Shown here: positions 56,771 to 64,000 of the stretch, in pieces
Numbering within the stretch: position 1 is the first letter of the stretch
Layout: every line of letters begins with the position of its first letter
NCBI GenBank assembly: GCA_017889545.1
Contig: JAGFZV010000014.1
Span: forward strand, 12,086 to 76,085
Source: Bacillota bacterium
GTDB taxonomy: Bacteria > Bacillota > Negativicutes > CTSoil-072
Length of the DNA: 64,000 nucleotides
Direction: 5' to 3'
Translations under genes and position numbers: made by a program
Notes under the pieces: model-generated
The model's input: only the letters and a program-made list of their open reading frames with translations
Databases searched by the model: none
Told to the model about the DNA's origin: nothing

Positions 56771-59767
56771 ATGGATTTTGACAAACAAAAAATTGGCAAT
56801 AAGAACTTCATCGCATATGCCCCGAAGGGTTCGGTTTGGAGTAGCGTTAACGATGTTCTCTCCTCCTGGACAGCCAACCGTTTCTGTTTTCCTGAAAGTA
56901 AATCTGAAGGCGAAGTTGGATTCCGTTCTGCGCAATTGGGAGCCGTGTTCGCTATCAAGTCACATTGGACGGTAACCGATTCTGCAGCAACGATTGTTAT
57001 GCCAACAGGGACAGGAAAAACCGAGGTTATAATAGCGACCGTAGTATCGGAATGTCGAGGAAAGACTTTCGTTGTCGTGCCAAGCGACCTACTGCGCAAA
57101 CAAACAATACATCGCTTTTGCACTCTCGGGAAATTGCGTGAAATAGGAGCGATTTGTGGTTCTTTTTGCAACCCCATCGTTGGCTGTCTTGTGTCTTCTC
57201 CGAAAGATGTAGCCGAACTGGAAGATTTACTTAGCAAAAGTAATGTTGTTGTCACAACGATGTCGTTGCTGAATTCAGGTCACTTTAGTGATGAGTTCCT
57301 CAAGATATTATCAGCCAAGTGCGATACGCTGATTATTGATGAGGCCCATCACGTTCCTGCAATTTCATGGAAACGCGTGAAAAAGTCATTTGATAAGAAT
57401 AGATGCCTTCAATTTACCGCCACACCTTTTCGTAACGACGGCAAAAAAATAGATGGAGACATTATTTATAACTTCCCGCTTCCCCTCGCCCAGGAGCGCG
57501 GTTACTTCAAGCCTATAAACTTTTATCCGATTTACGAATTTGACAGCGACAAGAAGGATTTCACTGTCGCTGCGAAAGCGGTCGAACTCCTTGAGGCGGA
57601 TATTGCAAGGGGATTTTCTCATTTGTTATTAGTGCGAGCATCAACACAAAATCGCGCAAAAGAGTTGTATGAAAGCGTATATAAAGCAAATTATTCAAAG
57701 CACTGCCCTGTCCTAATTATCAGCGGCAATTCTGCCCAAGAGAACAGAATGGCTCTCCAAAAGATCAACGACGGCGTTGCTACGATTATTATTTGCGTCG
57801 ATATGTTTAGCGAGGGTATAGACATTCCGCAATTGAAAATCTGCGCGATTCACGATAAGTACAAATCACTACCGATAACTATGCAGTTTATTGGGCGCTT
57901 TGCCCGGACGCAAACTAACCTCGGCGAGGCTTCCGTCGTTGCAAACATTGTTGATGATGATATACAGGATTCATTGGAGGATTTATACTCTCAGGATGCG
58001 GATTGGAATAAGCTTCTGAAAGATGCGTCCGAAGAAAAAATCGGACGTGAAATTGAATTGCAAAGACTGGCTCGTGGGTTTACGGGGACTGAAGTAATAC
58101 CCCTTAATCAGATTAGACCCAAAGTCAGTATGTTTATGTACACAACGACCGAAACAAGCTGGCATTGGCAAAGGTGGAGCAAAGTTTTTAATGAAGAACA
58201 TAGCCACCATTTTGTGAACGAGCAAGAAAAAATCTTGATAGTAACGGAACTTCGCACAAGTAATGTAGATTGGACGACTTGTCGAGAAATAACCGATGAG
58301 AACTGGAATTTGCATATCCTGTACTGGGATGAAAGAAAAAAGGTCTTTTTCATCAATACAACAGACAAAGGAATAGCTGACCGTTTAGCCGAAGCTGTTT
58401 TTTATAGTTACAAACGTATAGCAGGAGAAGATGTTTTTCGCTGCCTTTCAGGAATCAACCGTCTTATGCTCTCAACCGTAGGGCTTAAAACTGCCGTATC
58501 CAATCATCATATTAGGTATAGAATGTTTGCCGGCGTTGACGTAGCGGAGGGCATTACGCGAGCAACGACAAGCACCGCTACAAAGTCAAACTTGTTTGGC
58601 GTAGGCTTTGAAAACGGGAGCAGTATAAGTATTGGCTGCTCATATAAAGGAACGATTTGGGCAAAATGGGTTGAAACCATAAACTACTGGAAAAGTTGGT
58701 GCGATAAGCAAGCTGTAAAAATCTTGGATTCTACGATTGATACAAAGACAGTGCTTAGTGGAGCCCTCGTGCCAGAAGTAATACAAACTCGTCCGACTGT
58801 TGTCCCTTATCGTATTGACTTTCCACTTGAAATCGAAGCCGAATTGCGAGGTTCAATCCTTTTGAAAACAAGCCTCTATGAGGCGAGACCTTTCCTTGTT
58901 GATATTGGACTGACCGCCTTTGATGATACTTCGCCCCTGTCATTCTATGTTGGGAATGAAGATTTCAGAGCGGAATTCATCCTTGAAATCAACGCAACTG
59001 ACTATACGATTTCACATAAGAGCGGTTCCATTATTAGGATAGTCGTAAGCCGCAGCAGAGAAATGTCCCTAACAGAGTTTTTTCGTGAAAACCCGCCAAC
59101 GATATGGTTTGTCGACGGGTCTTCACTTGAAGGCAATTTGCTCGTTAAACTCAAGAATAGTCCACCTGCAACTTTTCCCAGCTCAAATATTACGCCTTGG
59201 GATTGGAACGGGATCGATATTCGTAAAGAATCTCAAGGACTAAGTAAAGAGAATGACAGCATTCAGTCTCGGCTGATATCTGCACTCAAAAGTAGTAATC
59301 GATATAACCTCATCTTTGACGATGATGGTTCAGGTGAAGTGGCTGATGTTATTGCAATACAGGAAGATGATACGAAAGCAAGATTGTTGTTTGAATTCTA
59401 CCATTGCAAGTTCTCAGGTGCCGCCCAAGCTGGTTCTAGGGTAGACGATTTATATGCCGTTTGTGGGCAAGCCGAAAAGTGTATTAAATGGACAAGCGAC
59501 GCAAAATCGTTAACCGACCGTTTAATGAAGCGCGAAAGCGATAGAACTGGTAAAAGCAAGCCATCTCGATTTGAGGTGGGAGATAATAAAGTTCTGTTTA
59601 CCCTCAAAAACAAACTCAAGTTGTACTCGGTAGAGTACAGAGTATTCATAGTTCAACCAGGTGTCGATAGTAACGCCATTACATCGCCGATGCACCAAGT
59701 ATTGTGTAGTGCATCGGCCTACCTAATGGACACATACGGTATTCCACTAAATCTGATATGTTCATAA
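56771..59767 (+). CDS. SF2 DEAH helicase with a putative C-terminal nuclease-like domain
   Basis: MPTGTGKT, IDEAHH, FTATPFR, QFIGRFAR; C-terminal DDGSGEVAD..HCK..CGQA. Confidence 0.85.
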   Translation: MDFDKQKIGNKNFIAYAPKGSVWSSVNDVLSSWTANRFCFPESKSEGEVGFRSAQLGAVFAIKSHWTVTDSAATIVMPTGTGKTEVIIATVVSECRGKTFVVVPSDLLRKQTIHRFCTLGKLREIGAICGSFCNPIVGCLVSSPKDVAELEDLLSKSNVVVTTMSLLNSGHFSDEFLKILSAKCDTLIIDEAHHVPAISWKRVKKSFDKNRCLQFTATPFRNDGKKIDGDIIYNFPLPLAQERGYFKPINFYPIYEFDSDKKDFTVAAKAVELLEADIARGFSHLLLVRASTQNRAKELYESVYKANYSKHCPVLIISGNSAQENRMALQKINDGVATIIICVDMFSEGIDIPQLKICAIHDKYKSLPITMQFIGRFARTQTNLGEASVVANIVDDDIQDSLEDLYSQDADWNKLLKDASEEKIGREIELQRLARGFTGTEVIPLNQIRPKVSMFMYTTTETSWHWQRWSKVFNEEHSHHFVNEQEKILIVTELRTSNVDWTTCREITDENWNLHILYWDERKKVFFINTTDKGIADRLAEAVFYSYKRIAGEDVFRCLSGINRLMLSTVGLKTAVSNHHIRYRMFAGVDVAEGITRATTSTATKSNLFGVGFENGSSISIGCSYKGTIWAKWVETINYWKSWCDKQAVKILDSTIDTKTVLSGALVPEVIQTRPTVVPYRIDFPLEIEAELRGSILLKTSLYEARPFLVDIGLTAFDDTSPLSFYVGNEDFRAEFILEINATDYTISHKSGSIIRIVVSRSREMSLTEFFRENPPTIWFVDGSSLEGNLLVKLKNSPPATFPSSNITPWDWNGIDIRKESQGLSKENDSIQSRLISALKSSNRYNLIFDDDGSGEVADVIAIQEDDTKARLLFEFYHCKFSGAAQAGSRVDDLYAVCGQAEKCIKWTSDAKSLTDRLMKRESDRTGKSKPSRFEVGDNKVLFTLKNKLKLYSVEYRVFIVQPGVDSNAITSPMHQVLCSASAYLMDTYGIPLNLICS

Positions 59768-59799
59768 AACAAAAAATTCATCGGAATGACGAAGTTCCT

Positions 59800-60042
59800 G
59801 ACCTGCCGACCGTAATTGCCCTCGCATCCTGCGCCCTCGGCAAGCCGACCCTTTCAAGCCTCGCGGTGCTTGGTGAAATCAGTATCAGCGGCACAATCCT
59901 TAAGGTCGAGGAACCGGCGAGTGTCCTTCAAGTCGTCCGCCACCGACTCGGCAAAGTTCCGGCAGATCTTATCGGCGCGTTTAGCCTGATATTTTACTCA
60001 ACCCCACAGGAAGCTGTGTTTAAGGCTTTGTGCGTGGAATAG
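59800..60042 (+). pseudogene. brxL: 3' remnant of BREX Lon-like protease brxL with an internal deletion
   Basis: LAVLGEISISGTILKVEE...VPADLIGAFSLIFY..EAVFKAL.VE matches the BrxL C-terminus as recalled; no other brx genes in the window. Confidence 0.75.
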
Positions 60043-60073
60043 ACACATAATACCAAGAGGAGGTACAGTTTCT

Positions 60074-62239
60074 ATGCTGAAATTCAATTCAATCGAAAAT
60101 GCTGAAATTTTCACGAGAGATTTCAGGCCACTCACAAAAAATAACGAGATTAACTTCCCATCATGCGGGGAGGAAATCGTCGCTATCTACGGACCCAACG
60201 GGACTGGAAAAACCAGTCTTATTAAAGTGCTGTCCGGCACCAAAGGTGCAAAGGTAAAATTCGAATTTGAAGGAACCAAGTATACTTCTGGAGCCACGGT
60301 ATTCCACGTCATTAACGACCAGAACAACAGAAATATCATCGTTGGTGAAACCAAGGACTTCTTTCTCGGTGATAATATCAAGCGAGAATTTGAGTTGCAG
60401 AAACTACTTTCCGATGCCCACGTGACAATTGTCAACGAAGTTATCTCCAAGTTGAAATCCAATCACAGCATATCGTCGGCCAGTAGTCCATTACTTGCGC
60501 TTATTACAGAAACCGAAATAGCCGAAATCGTAAAGGACATAGTGAACAACAAGTCCAAAGGCGCGAAATACGAAACTGCGGTCATATTCAAAAAATTTGC
60601 TGCGATACCCCTTGTCAATCAAGATGTAAGCGAAGAACAGCAGGCAAAACTGGTATTCTTGAAATCTGACTACACCAGCAAGGATCCCATAATACAACAG
60701 ATTGAAAATATGGCGAAGAAAGCAGTTGTGGCTAACCCGCAAGTTCATGAAGTTGAGGAGAACTCTGAGGCTATTCGGATACTCGACCGTTTCCATAAAG
60801 ACCAGTGCATTGTTTGTGACTCGGAAGACATCGACTGGAAGACACTACTGTCGGCAAAGACGGACAATCGGACAAAAGTTATCGAGGCACTGGATAAAGA
60901 CGTTCAGGCACTCATACAGAAAATCATAGCGTTAATTCCAGACAATAACCCGTTCAACATTAAAATACTGTTGCTTGAAGCCATCAGCAACGGCGACAAG
61001 AGTAAAATTGATACTTTGGTAACTGATTTCACCACTATTAAGAAGATTTTCGAGCGGCAAGTCATGAATGAACTTGCGACCGTTTTTGTTGGTAGTGATT
61101 TGCCAGCCAAAATGGAGGAGTATCAAAAACTGCTTGATGAAAAGCCCGAAATCACAGATGAGGACATGCTCTACATCGACGAAATTATTAACAACAGTAT
61201 GAACAAGAAACTTTCGTTAAAACGTGATGACAAGAAGAATCTCCGAATCACCCTGGCCAACAACGAATTTTTGGGCAAGGCAAGAGATGAGTTGCCATTA
61301 AGCACAGGCGAGCAAAATTTTTTGTCCTTAACTTTCGAGTTCTTAAAAGCAAAGAACTCACCCTGCCCAATCGTCATAATTGACGACCCGATTTCAAGTT
61401 TTGACTCGATCTACAAGAACAAAGTTGTCTACGCCATCGTCAAAATGCTTCATCACAAAAAGCGGATTGTTTTAACCCACAATACGGATTTACTTCGATT
61501 ACTTGATGGGCAATATAAGCGTTGCTACAAACTGTATTTGTTGAATAACACCGAGGGCGAGGAAAACGGCTTCATCCCGCTGAATAACAAGGAACAAGAA
61601 ATGCTGATCAGCCTTGAAAAGCTACTCACCGCCTTTCGTGGAGCAATCTTCGACCACATCAAAAATGTGAACATATTCTTGATTTCGATGATTCCTTTTA
61701 TGCGCGGTTACGCCAATATCATAAACAACGAGACGCTCACTAACCTCCTAACACAGGTGATGCATGGATATAAGAACGACAAGATCGACATCGCAAAAGC
61801 CTATATAGAGTTGTTCGGAAACAAGAACGGCAAAATACCCGATTCCTATGAGGTTTCTGTCCCTGACATTCTGGCGAAGACAGTAGACGGCGTAAACATC
61901 CTTGACACTACTCAGTACCTGCTACTTGATAAGACACTGCGCCATTCATTCACATATCTGTTTCTGAGGTTGCTGGTGGAAAAGAAACTGGTCGAGAAGT
62001 TCGACATCGACACCAATCAACACAAGCAGTTAGGGCAGATTATTAGTGCTGCGTACCCAGATGAAAATGACATCACCCAGATTCGCAATCGAATCAGGCT
62101 TACCTCCAAGAAAACGCTGATAAATGAGTTTAATCACTTTGAGGGAAATCTGAGCATTTTCCAGCCCGCAATTGACATTACCGACCATGCTCTTGGCAAG
62201 GAGCGAACCGAGGTAGTGGCATTCGTGAGCAGCCTATAA
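60074..62239 (+). CDS. ABC/SMC-like ATPase, RloC-like (AAA_13)
   Basis: YGPNGTGKT, CIVC zinc hook in a coiled coil, LSTGEQ, IDDPISSFD, LTHN, C-terminal INEFNH. Confidence 0.75.
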   Translation: MLKFNSIENAEIFTRDFRPLTKNNEINFPSCGEEIVAIYGPNGTGKTSLIKVLSGTKGAKVKFEFEGTKYTSGATVFHVINDQNNRNIIVGETKDFFLGDNIKREFELQKLLSDAHVTIVNEVISKLKSNHSISSASSPLLALITETEIAEIVKDIVNNKSKGAKYETAVIFKKFAAIPLVNQDVSEEQQAKLVFLKSDYTSKDPIIQQIENMAKKAVVANPQVHEVEENSEAIRILDRFHKDQCIVCDSEDIDWKTLLSAKTDNRTKVIEALDKDVQALIQKIIALIPDNNPFNIKILLLEAISNGDKSKIDTLVTDFTTIKKIFERQVMNELATVFVGSDLPAKMEEYQKLLDEKPEITDEDMLYIDEIINNSMNKKLSLKRDDKKNLRITLANNEFLGKARDELPLSTGEQNFLSLTFEFLKAKNSPCPIVIIDDPISSFDSIYKNKVVYAIVKMLHHKKRIVLTHNTDLLRLLDGQYKRCYKLYLLNNTEGEENGFIPLNNKEQEMLISLEKLLTAFRGAIFDHIKNVNIFLISMIPFMRGYANIINNETLTNLLTQVMHGYKNDKIDIAKAYIELFGNKNGKIPDSYEVSVPDILAKTVDGVNILDTTQYLLLDKTLRHSFTYLFLRLLVEKKLVEKFDIDTNQHKQLGQIISAAYPDENDITQIRNRIRLTSKKTLINEFNHFEGNLSIFQPAIDITDHALGKERTEVVAFVSSL

Positions 62240-62619
62240 TGAAAAAAACCATAGCTGCTCTTGCTGTCAGTTATTGGGGCTTTGAAAAAGTATTACCATA
62301 AGACTAACACTCGTGGTTATCCCCCACATAATACTGTTCAAGCATTTCTCGCACAATTGGATATACTGGTCAGCGGTCACCAAATCATTGCCACAAATAC
62401 CAATATTCCGCAAAGCCTATCCTATCAATACAATTATTTTATCCTTTTTTTAAAAAACCTCCGCAAAATACACAAAATCCATTGCATAGTATTTTGTTTG
62501 ATATTTGTATTCCGCTGATTATTGTGGATTTTGTGAACGTTTTAAGCAGGTCAAATTAATTGCATATGGGACTTGTTGTTGCTTCAGATATCACACAATC
62601 CATCTGGTGTTAATACGTT

Positions 62620-62641
62620 TTGGTCACCAGATTGGTCACCT
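62620..62641 (+). repeat. Tandem TTGGTCACC repeat, candidate arm-type sites (right end)
   Basis: TTGGTCACCAGATTGGTCACCT, 12-bp period. Confidence 0.75.
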
Positions 62642-62678
62642 AAACAAAAAAGTCTTCCGACAAAAACGCCGGAAGGCT

Positions 62679-62732
62679 TGAATTTACTGGAGCGGGCAAA
62701 GGGATTCGAACCCTCGACCCACGGCTTGGGAA
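62679..62732 (-). repeat. att site overlapping the intact tRNA
   Basis: Identical to 28985-29038. Confidence 0.95.
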
Positions 62733-62762
62733 GCCGGTACTCTACCACTGAGCTACGCCCGC
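62688..62762 (-). tRNA. tRNA-Gly(CCC)
   Basis: GCGGGCGTAGCTCAGTGGTAGAGTACCGGCTTCCCAAGCCGTGGGTCGAGGGTTCGAATCCCTTTGCCCGCTCCA folds as a cloverleaf with encoded CCA. Confidence 0.96.
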
Positions 62763-63555
62763 ACCTATTGAGCTTAGGACAACTACATGGCTATACTTCT
62801 GTTTATTTTAGCTAAAAATCAGGTATTCACCTGTGTCCCAACGGTAGTTATTGTACCATGAACATATAGAAAAATCAAGAAACGACGGCAATTTCTTACC
62901 CGTATCACAAAGCAATATTTTTATCCCATTTTCATAAGCAAGTGAGAATGATAGAACACGTTCACCTGGCATTTTTCTGAATTTGATACGCTAATTTATA
63001 GACATCTTCACCAAATGAAATTTTATGCCCATCTATATAAATTAAATTATCCGGAAAAATAACTCTTCGTATTCTCTTTTATTTTTCATAATGATCATAA
63101 TTTTTACCTGCTGTTCCAGTTTGTCAGCAAAATAAACAGATGATAGAAACAGAAAGTAAGTGCAGATATGATGAGCAATCTTTTCATTACTAGCCTCCCG
63201 TTTTTTATAATAACCTATTCTTTTGAATTTCGAAAAATCCTGCACAATTCGTTTTTTTCAACATCGTACGGCAAGAATTCCACCACCTCTCAGCCTTCCT
63301 TGCTCGAAAAAGAGAGCGTAGACGGTGGGTGATTTGCCGTTCTCCCTGTGATATAATAATTCCAAGAGATAAAATCTTGGAGATGATTGTGCGGCAAATA
63401 ATCTAACTGCAACGACATACGCCGAAACGCGGTTAATGAGCATTAAGCGTATTAGCAGATCATCATTGGGTGAGACGATCTCACCTCTTAGGTGATAAGT
63501 AATTCACGAAGATTACAATCCATCAGAGCATAAAGTTGCGAAGGAGATAATTAAT

Positions 63556-63837
63556 GTGTTAAGTTTCAAAGAGCAATTTGCAAAAGCCTCAGACAAGCAA
63601 AAAAGGTATTATTTGAGTATGATAAATCATTTTGATATAAGCAAGTTAACCGAACATGACAAATTATTTTTCCTTTGGTTAGCTTCGCAAAATCAAATGA
63701 GTCCTGAAAAAATTATATCCTTGTTTAAGAAAGTGAATGAAGAAGAAAAGAGCTTTATCTTGTGGGCAATGAGCCAAGATAAAGAAAAGCGAGAACAAGT
63801 ATTATCAATGTTAAGTATGACAATCGTTGAACCATAA
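63556..63837 (+). CDS. Hypothetical protein
   Basis: RBS AAGGAG, GTG start, downstream hairpin + T run at 63845-63876. Confidence 0.65.
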   Translation: MLSFKEQFAKASDKQKRYYLSMINHFDISKLTEHDKLFFLWLASQNQMSPEKIISLFKKVNEEEKSFILWAMSQDKEKREQVLSMLSMTIVEP

Positions 63838-64000
63838 ATTCTCTAAACCACTGACAATTATTGTTGGTGGTTTTTTACAATTATATTAACAATGATCTTC
63901 TGTGGATATGCTACCCCCGGATTCCTTCGAATGTAAAATTTTTCCGTATTGCTATCGGTAAATAAGATGTCTGAAATTTTAAATGCCTATTTCACAAATC

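Larger units (their letters stand above)
28985..62732. mobile_element. ~33.7 kb integrative element / defence island in tRNA-Gly(CCC)
   Basis: 54-bp direct repeats at both ends, tyrosine integrase, Xis-like, primase and recombination genes, defence cargo. Confidence 0.93.

Noticed and set aside
59758-60042. Functional BREX system
   Set aside because: Only a deleted brxL tail is present; no brxABC, pglX or pglZ
29274-62535. The 14-bp motif as a CRISPR repeat or integron attC
   Set aside because: It is dispersed with irregular spacing and mixed orientation, with no attC-like hairpins or integron integrase
28985-62732. Complete prophage or ICE
   Set aside because: No structural, lysis, relaxase or T4SS genes were recognised
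63349-63545. Structured leader or ncRNA after an extended -10 (TGnTATAAT)
   Set aside because: Only small hairpins are present and I could not match them to a known family

Overview
Window from an anaerobic Bacillota (Firmicutes)-like genome; this assignment is inferred from gene content. The left ~29 kb is chromosomal metabolic and regulatory DNA. It holds a cluster of an arylsulfotransferase-like gene, a glutaredoxin/radical-SAM-barrel fusion, lpdA and gcvH, divergent from an MFS transporter and a Crp regulator. It also holds mgtA, a cyclophilin, patB-tauE, a sigma54-driven abfD, V4R plus GGDEF genes, a probable rhodanese selenoprotein missed by the ORF track, a second P-type ATPase, a nitrilase and a c-di-GMP-I riboswitch. 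From 28985 to 62732 lies a ~33.7 kb integrative element bounded by 54-bp direct repeats of the 3' part of tRNA-Gly(CCC). Its core is satellite-like: integrase, Xis-like HTHs, primase-polymerase, DUF3987 helicase-like protein, TerS-like HTH and an ERF/exonuclease/DUF932 recombination module, with no capsid, tail or conjugation genes seen. Its cargo is dense with defence genes: a membrane protein + TIR + TIR-like/ATPase operon, type III RM, PD-(D/E)XK nucleases, an SF2 helicase and an RloC-like ATPase, interleaved with gene remnants (type III res, brxL, vWA). The most unusual signals are a 14-bp motif repeated ten times across the island, two complementary vWA fragments in permuted order, the ThsA-less TIR operon and the lipoyl/glutaredoxin/sulfotransferase cluster. 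All family assignments come from motif recognition by eye; no searches were run.
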